Shown: positions 21,595-32,271 of the stretch, piece after piece | Position numbering within the stretch: the stretch's first letter is position 1 | Layout of the letters: each line of letters begins with the position of its first letter | Source of the DNA: Diplonema papillatum | Lineage: Eukaryota | Direction of reading: 5' to 3' | Assembly: GCA_030068145.1 (NCBI GenBank) | Contig: JAPJBO010001038.1 | Coordinates: 1 to 64,000 of the forward strand | Length of the DNA: 64,000 nt | Position numbers and translations under genes: made by a program | The notes under the pieces: generated by a model | The model's input: only the letters and a program-made list of their open reading frames with translations | The model's database searches: none | Told to the model about the DNA's origin: nothing

Positions 21595-22990
21595 CAAAAA
21601 AGACAGGCGCTTCGTTTTGTTTGTGCGTGCCGGGTGATCGTTTTCCCACTTGTATTTACCCCGTGTACATTCAGGTAAGGAAACCTGATCAACTACCAAA
21701 CACGCTGCCTACGTCTTTTTAGCCTGCACAATACATTGAAGGGCAATCCGCAAGATTGCTAGTACTAAAAAAGCTCGTTGACATGGGATGCGACGAGCCG
21801 GAGACCAACAGCAGTAGGGGATGATCCAAAAGATGGCAAACGACCATCATTACAATCCCCCACCGTCCCCCTATTGTCTGAGTCTGGCTAGTTCACGGAC
21901 GGTCCAACCCCTTTCGTGGGATCTAAGACCAATTCGTTCCCGAGATGGCGGAAAAGGGGGGATGGGTTGAGACGGAAAGGGAACTAGTGAAAAAAGAGGT
22001 TGTGCTATACGATTGAAGCTGAAGGGAAGAGTGACACGGGTCGACGCACAGTTAGAGGTGGAGGGGAGGGTGACACAAAAGACGCACAAACGGGAGCTGG
22101 GTTGTAAACGGATTCGTCCAGACTTTGCAATTGTGTGCGGGTGGATCTGAAGATGGTCGGGGGAGACGGAAAGGAAAGGATCACGAAGATATGAGAACGG
22201 CGACGCAAGAGAGAAAGGATTAACGAAAGGACTTCTTTGCTCAAGTTTGAAGAAGGGGTGGTTGGAAGAGGCGGGAGAGCCGTTGGTGAACGGCGATTAC
22301 TCCGGAAGAATTGCAGTTTGCTGAGGGAATAGGAGCAAGACGCATGGTTAGATGAGCACGACCACCTCGAATCGACACCAGGAGAACTCGGGGTGGAGCT
22401 GGCTTCTACGACTAGTAATATTCCGGCAAAAGGTAGCACTCCTGAACTAGCCCGAACCAACAGGATCAAAGATGCCAGTCACATCTTCCCAATTATTTTT
22501 CCCACCCTCCATCCCCTGCGTGACGTCGTCCCGGCGGCAGTCATAGCCTCATGATCGGTGTTCTTTACACAGCAGTACTGAACAAAAGAAGTGCCAAGGT
22601 CGATGGTTCGTCACCATTTTCTTGTTCTTCTTTGGTCTGCCCATTGACCGGAAGACCTGATGAACGAAACGAAGTTGAAGATCCGTTTTGACTCCAGAGC
22701 CCCTGTTTTTTCTTTAGCAGCCGATTCCCACACGGAGCAGCACCGGAGTCCTCCAAGCATCAATATTTCAACCAGAAACACTCGACGTAGCTGCTTCGAC
22801 TCCGAATCGAAGGGAGGAAATATAGAGGTAAGGTTTTTGTTTTTCGCTTACCCCCGCCCCACCGACGTGTGTTGTTTTCTCACTCAGGACTTTGACCTGT
22901 TGTGTTTGGGTGATTTGTCATGTGGGGGTAGACCCGCATGACCACACGTCCGTGCAACACGTAGTTTGGTAGTTACAGCACTTGGGATAC
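21595..22990. repeat. Segmental or dispersed duplicate of 6715-7760: shared blocks with different internal content.
   Basis: 6720-6850 matches 21600-21740 (gcttcgttttgtttgtgcgtgccg..gatcgt.tt.ccacttgt...aacacgctgcctac.tcttttt.gcctgca). 7540-7760 matches 22785-22990 (ctccgaat.gaagg...ccgtgtgttgttttctcactcaggactt.gacctgtt...gcatgacc.cacgtccgt.caacacgt.gtt.ggtagtt.cagcacttgggat). Confidence 0.6.
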
Positions 22991-24613
22991 CTTTTGTTCT
23001 TTGTCGGACAGCATCGTCGAGCATTTCCTTTCAAGCTGGCGCTTATGTAAAAAAAGAGGAAAAACACTGGAAACGCTCTCCGCTCGCCCATGTTCGGGGT
23101 GTTATTCCCAATGGAAGGTACGCACAGAAAGAAAAACACGGACCGAGAAAAAGGAACAGAGTCGACGACTTGGAAAAGGTTGTCGGCACGAAACGTAGTC
23201 GTCGTAGTAGTAGCAGTAGTTTTGAGCTTGGCACTCAGCAACAATCCTGACGATGAACTGCACACCAGACAGTAGTGGCAGTAGCTTCAGCTCAGTGTGA
23301 GTTTGATCGAAGTAACATCAACGCGTCCCTTTCAAAGACCAGCCACAGTCAACGCCGCGTGGGTGCGGACAACAGACAGTATAGTAGCAGTAGCTTGAAC
23401 TTGATGTGCAGCACCAATCTGTGACGATAGACTGCACTAACAGCAGCATGCGTGGTTCTAATTCGGGAAGAAATGATACACGGGGGCAGGGTCTAGGTTT
23501 TGTACGCCTTGGCTAAGTGCGCAAATGGTGCCAGTCGAAGCTGGTGAAGCCTCGATGCCGCCCACGCGATGTGAAATGGCGGGACCATCTTTACAAACAA
23601 AGGAGTGACTCAAGGCAACCGCCTGAGCGGCGCCGTCCGAGCGCACACAGCAGTAACGCGCCGCAGCAGTTGCACTTCTGTGTGGGGCTGCAGTGGTGGC
23701 TGATGATACCGAGCCGCGTCGGTCAACTGCTTCAAGACGAGTCGCTGTGGAACCCGTGTTGCGCAACACAGGGCCATATGTGAAGGTTTTGTTTGCACAG
23801 CCACATCCGCGGTGATGCCCACTCGATAAGTTTTCGAGTCGCCGCAACACGTTTCGGTCGGACAGGACCACCGAAGATCATTTGTTTTTCCTTGACGACA
23901 GTAAGCGTCGGACTAACCCACCCAGGGGTCCTCATTCGGTTCTGGTATTTGGGGGGGGCTTCCCCCCCCCCCCCCCCTTTTTCAAAAACGGATCTGGCGC
24001 TTCCTTTGTTTGTGCGCACGTACGGTCTCTCTGGTCTCTCGCGCGGGAGGGAGGAGGGGACGGGCTTCCTGCAGCACCAATCTAGAAATCGGAGCGCAAG
24101 CCGTGTGTCCGCCCCGTTAATTCGCATTTTCGCGCTGGAATTACGGGCTGGCATTTTCTGTTCGATAATGATACACTTTCGCCCCTTCGCACGACGAAAT
24201 TAACCGGTGTGCTCGGCTCCCTATCTCCCCGTGTTCCGGAACAAATTACGCCCACAATCCGAGCTCGATACCGCGATGATAATCCGCAGCTGGGGTGGAA
24301 CAAGAGCCGAAGCTAGGGCTGATTCAAAACAGAAATCCTAAATTTAGAATCCCCGAAGGAAAAGGAGGAGACGACATACCCCCCTGGGTGGCAAATAAAC
24401 GAAAGCGCTTCCCGTTCCAACTCACGTTTCCATATACTTTTCGAGGAGACAGCTGCTGCAAGGTGTACCCGAAGAAGCACGGAACTGAGAAGACGTTTCC
24501 GCAAACCCGTTTCATTTCCATGTTTTCGGGGGGGGTAAATGAATTTCACTTGCCATCATTGCCGGGGTTCTCCCACGATGGACACCCGACTACATTCAAA
24601 GAAATGCGTGCTT

Positions 24614-25123
24614 TCATGCAAAGCGTGATGCAGTGACAAAATAGAAAGACCAGGGATCACTGCGCTGGTTGCGGGGGCTGCAATGAGACTTTTCTCGGAG
24701 CTGCCATCCTCGCTTCTCGCATGCGGGGAGAAACCTTCTCGAGCGGGTGGGGTCTAGAAGCGAAAAAGAATAGGCGCGATGTTTGTTTGTACGTGCCGGG
24801 CCCTCGAGGTCGTCGGCCATGGCTGCGCGCTTGTTTCGGTCAGCAAGGCAGCAACAGACTGGACAGCTCCAGTTGTCGTCCTTAATGCTTTCCAAGAAGC
24901 TTGCAGCGTCCGGTCCCAACTTCTTGGTTACGCATCCTGCAGATGCGATGTAACCGCAAGAAGCACACCTCGACGAGGTGTCCGGCCTGTGTGCAATGCC
25001 GCACGTCGCGAATATGCATTCGCTCTCCGCTTCATCGTAATCCTCCCCGCGGGGGAGTTTCACGACGGGGATAGCACCCCATTCGACTTCTCCCTCGAGG
25101 ATGTCAGTCCGAGTTAGTGCCAT
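24614..25123 (-). CDS. Hypothetical Cys-rich small protein (possible zinc-binding). Embedded between two direct copies of the 'ttgtttgtacgtgccggg' repeat end.
   Basis: 169-aa ORF with a true ATG (25121-25123) and a C/H-rich N-terminal half (CIFATCGIAHRPDTSSRCASCGYIASAGCVTKK...WSCPVCCC). May be element-encoded. Confidence 0.25.
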   Translation of the reverse strand: MALTRTDILEGEVEWGAIPVVKLPRGEDYDEAESECIFATCGIAHRPDTSSRCASCGYIASAGCVTKKLGPDAASFLESIKDDNWSCPVCCCLADRNKRAAMADDLEGPARTNKHRAYSFSLLDPTRSRRFLPACEKRGWQLREKSHCSPRNQRSDPWSFYFVTASRFA

Positions 25124-25835
25124 TTTTTGTTTGTACGTGCCGGGGGAGGATTAGCCTGTTAGTGAGTGATAGTGAGTGAATATGATCGGTAGGCTAATCT
25201 TCTCCCAAACACGCTGCCAGCGTTCTCTTTCGTGTTTACAATTAATTGTTATTACGAAGAAATGACTCGCAAGAGTGCTGTAGTATGGTTTGAGTTTCAG
25301 CTTAGTGAGTTTGATCGAGGTAGCCCATGCAAAGACCAGCCACAGTCAACGCCGCGTGGGTGCGGGCATTTGATATTATTCATCATGTTTCAAACCCCCG
25401 ATTGCGCGTAACCTGGAAGCACTCAGAAAAATGTCGGTGGTATGGTTTAAGATAAACCAGTGTCACCTGAGGGGGGGTAATCTCAGGAGGCGGCTTGTGG
25501 TATTCTTCTTGCGTATCAATCTTCTAAGATCTGCAACATTGGCGGGGTTTCCGGGTGCTCCTTCTGCCGTTCATCGCACTGCCCCCGTACAACCTTTTGA
25601 AAGAGTGTCATACATGCGCCACGACCTGCCTTCTTATCATCGTCGGTTGCTTTTTGTTTGAACTTTTCTTCCCAACTGTTGCACAGTGGGTCCACGAACA
25701 CAACGAAAGCCCTCTTAGTTTCTCTTGGGATTTTCCGTGGTTGTCTTTGGCTGGCCTTTGGCGTAGAGTCGGAACAGGGGGGCGAGTGCCGAATATTGCG
25801 AGAGGCACGTCAACTGTGGAACGTGCTTGGAATGT

Positions 25836-25990
25836 GGGTATGTGCTCAACACCGCACTGGTCACGTCGGCGCCGTGTTTCGGTCCTTTAAGCCACGGACA
25901 CATAAGGCGGACCATCATCAGCGCGGAACCTGAGTGTCTGCAGACAGGACTGAGGTGTGAGTCTGTGGGCACGTCAACTGTGGGGGGGGG
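25836..25990. repeat. Dispersed repeat family (~150-250 bp). Other copies at 30185-30430 and 62008-62230, all same orientation and often next to poly-G.
   Basis: Shared gaacgtgcttggaa...gtgctcaac.ccg.ac...gtgtttcggtcctttaagccacgg...cggaccatcatcagcgcgga.cct.agtgtctgcagaca. Confidence 0.7.
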
Positions 25991-26337
25991 GGCAAGCAGG
26001 AGGCGAGAACTGAAAGCATTCATCGGCCAGGAAGGAAAGTAGAGGAAAGAGGGGGAACCGCGGCCTGTGAACTAACACAAGCCAGGCAGTATTTCGCACC
26101 CCCATTCCTGTTCTTGAAAGGTGGAACGGGAAAATACTCGAGGGACTGCCTTGTGCTCATTTCGAAGGAGGCTAGAGGGGGAGAAATCAATACAACTACA
26201 AAGTGGGTCTTTTTTGTTGAACGCTTACGCCCGCCACTAAACCCAGATTTACCTGTGTTTCGTGTGGGCTACAGCACATTTACCTCCTTTGATCTATCGC
26301 AACTGGCAGTCTCCTCAAGCATTTCCTACAAAGCAGG

Positions 26338-27505
26338 TGCTTAGGGTGCTCTGACTTTTTTTTTTGTTTCTGGTCCCGCGTGCGTACAGATTTCTGAGAA
26401 TTGCCAGAAAAAAAGATAATCCAAGAAAAAGATAATTTGCACAACAAGTGACCACAACGTTAGAAACTGGTCGGTTCGCCTCTGTCTCGTCGTGCTGTGG
26501 AAGGGTTCTAAAGCACGCGCTCTCAGTGTGTTCAGAACAGGACCAGGCCACAGCTACAGAGAACGCTGTGAACGCTGTGTGAACGCTTTGGAGGCTATCA
26601 AAGCCCGTCTTGGGACCGCTCAATACAGCAGACAACCCGTAGTTGTATGAAATGAGGATACCGCAACCGAGCAGGCATCTCTTCTTGCGTACGTCCAGGA
26701 GAAGTTTGGTATCAGCAGTCCTATGGTGAGCAAGGAAGAAGCAGAAGGCAGCAACAGGGTCATGGAACTCTGGAAGGCCCACGGTGGAGCAAATTCATCC
26801 CCGCACCTTTTCAACCTGCGGAGCTGCGAGGATACAAGCTGTCCTCTCATTGTCGACAAAGCCGACCTCCTCGAGTGTCCAACACTTGCATTGCTGAGGA
26901 AGATTTGAGGGGGTGTTTGACAAAGCTGACATCGGTCACGAGGACACCTTCGGACCGTCGCCCGCTGCACCGAGGCGCACCAATCGGCCTTCATCAAGAT
27001 ACAGAATCTGCACCAGCCTATTAAGTGCCCAATGTGCACCAGATTTCGCGGAATCTTCCGGGCAAGTGTATCCCAAGCCAAGCTTCACCAGGGTGCCTTG
27101 TCTTAGGGAGACAATGCTAGTGAGATCAAGCTGTCATCCGTGTTTGCCACCAAGGGAGGGATGTCGTGTACTGCCCATGTCGAGTGGACCTTGAACCCGA
27201 CGACTCTCTACAACTGAAGTGCAGTACGTTTCAAAAGATCTGTGATCTGTGATCTGTGATCTGTGTCGACAACGTGGACTGCACCCTGCGAAACTGTTGA
27301 TCAACGAGTCTGTGCTCAGAAATCCGCCACATCGCTGTCTCAGAGTCAACCACGACAGATGCGACGCCTTAATGAAGCAGAGGCTCAGAGAAAACCGACT
27401 ATATATGCCCTAGTTTTTTTGGGCTATTTATTTTTTTTTTTGCGTGCGTGCGTACAGATTTTTTGGGGGGGCGGGGACCAGAAACAAAAAAAAAAGTCAG
27501 AGCAC
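26338..27505. mobile_element. ~1.17-kb element bounded by ~50-bp terminal inverted repeats. Non-autonomous candidate.
   Basis: 26340-26395 (agggtgctctgacttttttttttgtttctggtcccgcgtgcgtacagat) is the reverse complement of 27440-27500. The internal ORFs have no recognisable domains. Confidence 0.5.
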
Positions 27506-27624
27506 CCTTATACAAAAAAAAAAAAAGCAGAAACGGTGAAGATGATAATTGTCACAGGGTTGGTGAAATGAAAGCGAGAATGTGTCCCAAAAACCCTCTT
27601 TCTCTTTCTTCTCCCTCGCCCTTT

Positions 27625-27960
27625 AGGTACCAGGGAAAGCCTGCTACACGGGAGCCAAGCTTCACGTGTTCGGCGGTACTGCAGAGCCACGGGCCTACGG
27701 GTCAAGTGGCTACCGACTTCCCAAACTAAAGCAAGGCTTGGCGCACCTTGGGGCTTGGCGCTCGCGCTGAACACAAGCTCGTCGAGACGGTCAGCCACAG
27801 GGCAGAGCGGACGGGGTTGTGGCACTGAGCTGCCTCCGACTCAAGCTTTGCAAGCTGTGGTTGGCCGTCACGTTCCTGGACCAGGAGCGGCCTTTTTATT
27901 TTTCTTTTTCTTTTTTTTCCTTTTTCTTCTCTTCTTCTCTCTCCCTCGCCCTTGCGTACT
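27625..27960. repeat. ~290-bp dispersed repeat followed by a polypyrimidine (CT) tract. Second copy at 52050-52365.
   Basis: Near-identical over ~290 bp (ggtaccag..aaagcctgctacacgggagccaagcttcacgtgttcggcggtactgcagagccacgggcctacgggtcaagtggctaccga...). Both copies are followed by a T/C-rich tract. Confidence 0.8.
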
Positions 27961-28795
27961 CTTCTTTCTCTTCTTCGTAGTGATGGTAACAACTGGGGCC
28001 AAAGGTCCCTTTCCTCGTTTCTTGGAATTCTTAGAGTGTTTCGGGGTTGACTACACCCGCACCCACTCGTTTTTTGTTTCTTCTTTTTCGCGTGCTTTCC
28101 GGCTCTTCGCTCGGTGAGTTGCCTAGGGGTGGCGTTGTATTTATTTTCCCCCAACGACAGTGCACCCTCAGGGTTGCAGCTTTTAGCTTCGGCGGCCAGA
28201 GCGGTCGAAATCCGGTCAGACCGGAAGGTACCCAATAGCCTGCACACAAGCTACGCCCCCCTGAACCGCGGCAACACTGTACACAAGAAACCTTCTTTTG
28301 TGTTCGCTTTTTGGTTTCCCCCGTATTTTTTTTCTTTTCTTTCACAGAAACTCTAGCAATTTAATCTACACAGGTGGGGAAGGGGGGAGGAGGGGGGCTG
28401 GGGAAAAGGGTTGACGACAAGAAGCATCTGGCTTCAGGTAAGGAAGGAGGGGCGGCGGATTTACCGCCCCTCCTCCTCACGCACCAAACTGGAAGCTGGA
28501 AGGAACACGGGTCCGCCGCCAGGACGGCTTTCGCGACGAGTTTGCTCGGGCGTGAAATTCGCGGCGCGAGAACAGTTTGAGCCGCAGCTCTTGACAAGAC
28601 CGATGGAGAAAAGTTCCTTTTGTTCTTCGCTTTTTTTTTTCACGAAAGGAGGAGGGTCGGTCCTGCTTTAGGTTGTGTTAGGTTCTCCCGACTCCCACAG
28701 TCGTGGTCAGCGCAAACTCAACAGAGGTCTAGGCAACTATTCCCTGCAGGAATAGCATGCTTTCAAAGAAGAAAAGACGAACCGGTGGTTCACGG

Positions 28796-29584
28796 TCACG
28801 GCATGAAGAGAGCCGGGTTCCTATCAACCGCGGGGTAGTTGTACGTGGGGGCCAGCCGCGGCCCCGCGTGCCGGTGCTCGAGCTTGTCGTGGCCGGGCCG
28901 GATGCGGTCCCACTCCCGCTTGTGGTTGTTCGCCGGCGGCCGCTCCACCCGGGCGCCGGCGGCGCGGTTGGGGTGGTGGTGGTGGTGGTGGTGGTGCTGG
29001 TGCTGGTGCTGCTGCGGCTTACCGTCGGGCTTATCCGGCGCGGGGCGGCTGGCCGGCAGCGGTTCTCTGTCCGGGGCCCTGTTAGGTCGGTGCCGGTCTT
29101 CGTGGGCCGCCGGGGCTTGGGTTGGGTTGAGGCCGTATCGGGCGAGGCGCTGGTTGCGCTCTGCGCGTTCCTGGTCACGCTTGCGGTCGGCTTCGTGCTT
29201 GTGCTGCTGCTGCGGCGCGGCGTGCGCCTGGTTGCGGTGGTGGCGGGTGATGTCGTTGAGGCGGTGCTCCGGCGGGACGTTGTTGCGGGTCTCCGCCTCA
29301 CGGGTCTTCGCGTCCTTCCTCTCCCGCGCCGCCTCCCTGTCCTCCCTCTGCCGGTGCTGCTGCTGCTGCTGCTGCTGCGCTGGGTCCCTGGGCGCGGCCC
29401 CAGCGTAGCCGGCGGCGCGCTCCCTGTGCCGCCTCTCCCTTTCCCTCTCCCTCTCCCGCTCCTTCTCCCGTTCCCTTTCCCGCTCGGCGAGCAGCGCTTC
29501 GATGCCGCCGGCCGGTCTCCTGCCCGCCTCCTCCCGCTGCCCTTGCGACCCGATGGCTGGCGCGCTGCGCCCTCCGTTCGTCAC
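28796..29584 (-). CDS. Hypothetical low-complexity RE/RD-, Q- and His-rich protein.
   Basis: 262-aa minus ORF with (ER)n, Q7 and H10 runs over CAG/CTG and GGT repeats. The start is ~70 nt downstream (in gene orientation) of the recurring upstream motif and the shared 225-bp module. The opposite-strand ORF 28757..29773 is probably spurious. Confidence 0.35.
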   Translation of the reverse strand: MTNGGRSAPAIGSQGQREEAGRRPAGGIEALLAEREREREKERERERERERRHRERAAGYAGAAPRDPAQQQQQQQHRQREDREAARERKDAKTREAETRNNVPPEHRLNDITRHHRNQAHAAPQQQHKHEADRKRDQERAERNQRLARYGLNPTQAPAAHEDRHRPNRAPDREPLPASRPAPDKPDGKPQQHQHQHHHHHHHHPNRAAGARVERPPANNHKREWDRIRPGHDKLEHRHAGPRLAPTYNYPAVDRNPALFMP

Positions 29585-30449
29585 GGCTCCCCCTGTAGTT
29601 TGGGTTCTTTTAGCTTTTATTTCAACTTATTTGTGGATTGGTTGGTCGGTATTTTAAAGTCTCCGGTTGACCGCAGAGGCTTGGGTATGGAGGGGGTTGA
29701 GAAAAGTGAGAGAGGGTGCCGCTCGTTTCGGGTGATGTGCCACTCCGTTGTGAAACCTTGTGAAGTCCCCTAACGCGTTTAGGGGGTGTTTGGGATTGGG
29801 TAGGGTGTGGTCGTTCTGCTACGGCGTGAAAAGCCAGGAAGTTTCGACGCTAATCTCCGACTCTTGATTATGCTCACCGGGTTGCGTGCTCGTCAGGAAG
29901 ATTCCGGTGCCTGGCTTTTGTTTGCATCAGCCCCCCTCACGACGGGTGGGTAAAAATATTAGTTTTAGGTTCAGGCAGGACACTCATGCATGTTTGATGC
30001 TGGCATCAAGTCTTCTTCGAAGAAAATGTAAATAGAAAAACAGAAATGGAAAAAGGAGAGATAGTGATCCGTCCGAAACGAACTTATTGGCACATGTTTC
30101 TCATGAGAGAAGTGCTGGTCGTCGTAACACGTTCAGTCGTCTGATTTCTGCTTCTTGCACAATAGTGTGGGGGTTGCATTAGAACGTGCTTGGAACTGTT
30201 TTGTGCTCAACTCCGCACCGCTCCGACCTGTAGTTCTGTCTTTTAAGCCACGGACGCATAAGGCGGCGGACCATCATCAGCGCGGAGCCTCAGTGTCTGC
30301 AGACACAGGACAGCGAGTCTGGCTTGTCAGGCGGGAGCTGCCGCCACAGCCAGGACCACCCATGCTACGATACGAGAGCACAGGAAAATCCGTCACGGGG
30401 AGAAGGTCCCTACTACCTGTGGCAGTCGACGAAGTGATTTGCAGGATGG

Positions 30450-31583
30450 TTAAAGATAAAACATTAGTGTCGCCCGAGGGGGGGGTAATCTCAGGGCGCG
30501 GGCGTACCACGGATTGTATGATGTATGTATGGAAGAGGACAAACCTGAAGGCACCGGGGCGCTTGAAGGGTTTGTGATGGCGGGCTGCGAGCGGACGGGG
30601 ACGGGCGGCCGGTTGGCGGTGTTCGCGGAGGACGCCGCTGTGCCTGTAGTTCCGTTCGTGGCGTCGGCCGCCGCGAGCTCGGCGGTGGCCGGCATCGCGA
30701 CCGTGACGCTGAAGGTTGGCGGCGCCGAGCAGAGGGCGGCGTGCACCGCGTCGCTGTGGTCCTGCACGGCCTCCCGCCCGATCTTCAGGATCGCCATCCC
30801 CGCCGTCAGCCCAGCCGTGTCCGCGGGGGCCCCCGGCACCACCTCGATGATCTCGATGCCGCGGAACCGTACGCCGATGGCACCCTCCGGGTTCTTGGCT
30901 ATGGTGAAGGTCCTGCGCTCGCGCGCGTTTCTGGCCTGCTCCTCTCTGTGCCTCTCCCGGGCCCGTCGCAGGGCGTGGCGCTGGTCGCGGTCTGCCTTCC
31001 TGCGCCTTTGGTCGTTCTGCGAGCTCGCTGGGTGGGTGGTTAACTCCCTGCAGAACGGGCACTCAACCTTGCCCGAGCTGCAGTGCACACACTCAGGCGG
31101 GACCCCCGGGATGGCGCACCGGCAGGTCTGCGCCCACGTCGCGAAGCAAGACTGGCAGATCGAGTGCGAGCACGGGTCAAGCGTGACGCCGTCACGCAGG
31201 CCGCCCATGCAAATCGCGCACTCCGGCCCGCTCGCCGTGCTCGTCACCGTCGCAGGCGTCTCCGGAACGCCCAGCGCGGCCTCCTGAGGGCTGCGGCCTG
31301 GTTCTTCGAAGGTAGGCATTCTGCTTCTTCTTGTCTTCTTTTTTCTGCTGTTTGTCGCGCGGGGCCGTGGGTAGGGGGGTGTATCCGCTCCTCTCCCTGG
31401 ATTTAGAGTTTCGTTCGTGTTGTAAGCCTCCGGTTGACCGTTGAGGCGGGATTGGGTGAGGAAACCTCCACCTTCGAGAACACGCAGTTTGGGGAAGGTT
31501 GAGTGCCCGTTCTGCAGGGAATTGACCACCCACCAAAGTTGAGTACCTGTAGGTAGGGACAGAAGGAAGCGCATTGGGTCCAT
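30450..31583 (-). CDS. PDZ-domain plus RING-finger protein (putative E3 ligase). The true start is probably the ATG at 31317-31319 (MPTFEEP...).
   Basis: RING: ECAICMGGLRDGVTLDPCSHSICQSCFATW...ECVHCSSGKVECPFC. PDZ-like: GVRFRGIEIIEVVPGAPADTAGLTAGMAILKIGREAV. The recurring upstream motif sits ~105 nt 5' of the ATG. Confidence 0.6.
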   Translation of the reverse strand: MDPMRFLLSLPTGTQLWWVVNSLQNGHSTFPKLRVLEGGGFLTQSRLNGQPEAYNTNETLNPGRGADTPPYPRPRATNSRKKKTRRSRMPTFEEPGRSPQEAALGVPETPATVTSTASGPECAICMGGLRDGVTLDPCSHSICQSCFATWAQTCRCAIPGVPPECVHCSSGKVECPFCRELTTHPASSQNDQRRRKADRDQRHALRRARERHREEQARNARERRTFTIAKNPEGAIGVRFRGIEIIEVVPGAPADTAGLTAGMAILKIGREAVQDHSDAVHAALCSAPPTFSVTVAMPATAELAAADATNGTTGTAASSANTANRPPVPVRSQPAITNPSSAPVPSGLSSSIHTSYNPWYARALRLPPPRATLMFYL

Positions 31584-31707
31584 CCATGCGCGCCTTTAAT
31601 TAGAAGACAAGGCATTTGGCTACCTTGAGAGAGTCACGGTTACTCCTGCCGTTTACCCGCGCTTGACCTGATCTCTCAGCGTTGACATTCAGGGCACTGG
31701 GCAGAAG

Positions 31708-32271
31708 TCACATTCCACTTGCCACCGCTGTGATGAAGATTCCTCTCATTCGTAACAGTTCCAAGCTGACACTTCGTTGTGGGCACAACATGCAAGAAGG
31801 CCTGGAAGAAATCAGGAGCCGCGGGTAGCACGTCCTAGTAGGACTGATGCAGAACCGCTGCCAGTCAGAAGCAAGAAGATCGCCTCTGTCAGATCGCCCT
31901 TGATGCCCACCCACCTTGAGTGCGTGAACGGCATGGCCCTTCTCCCCTTTGGGGTTGTGAACCAGTCGATGACAACCTCGTCTCTCTTGACGAGAAGGAA
32001 GTTCGCCGACAAAAGATTCGACACCACCGTCCACCTTGACGCCGTCTTCCACGCCACCAAGGCCGCGAGACAACCGAAACGCACATGGCGAGCCACAAAC
32101 AAAAAAGCACAGGATTGTGTGCGGACATGTCCAGGCAAAAACATCGGGGAGTCGAAGAAGTGTCGAGGAGTTCCGGGGAACTCGCCAGGAGCCCGGACCA
32201 GAACATCGGTGGGTACCTTCGTTGCTGGTCGTTGGCGGTTTCCGCACTTTACCCGTGATAGTCTTCAGCAT
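31708..32271 (-). CDS. Hypothetical protein.
   Basis: 187-aa ORF with a true ATG, ~45 nt downstream of a copy of the upstream motif (32331-32350). No recognisable domain. Confidence 0.25.
   Translation of the reverse strand: MLKTITGKVRKPPTTSNEGTHRCSGPGSWRVPRNSSTLLRLPDVFAWTCPHTILCFFVCGSPCAFRLSRGLGGVEDGVKVDGGVESFVGELPSRQERRGCHRLVHNPKGEKGHAVHALKVGGHQGRSDRGDLLASDWQRFCISPTRTCYPRLLISSRPSCMLCPQRSVSLELLRMRGIFITAVASGM

Noticed and set aside
22918-23265. 115-aa minus ORF sharing a '…KCCNY.TTC' C-terminus with the 7719..8864 ORF.
   Set aside because: The shared residues are encoded by a dispersed repeat (7690-7760 matching 22920-22990), not by conserved coding sequence. Both tails are repeat-derived read-through.
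28757-29773. 338-aa plus-strand ORF over the CAG/GGT repeat region.
   Set aside because: It is the opposite-strand reading of the same low-complexity repeats (poly-V/L/R). The minus-strand ORF fits the gene orientation of the cluster and sits downstream of the shared upstream module.
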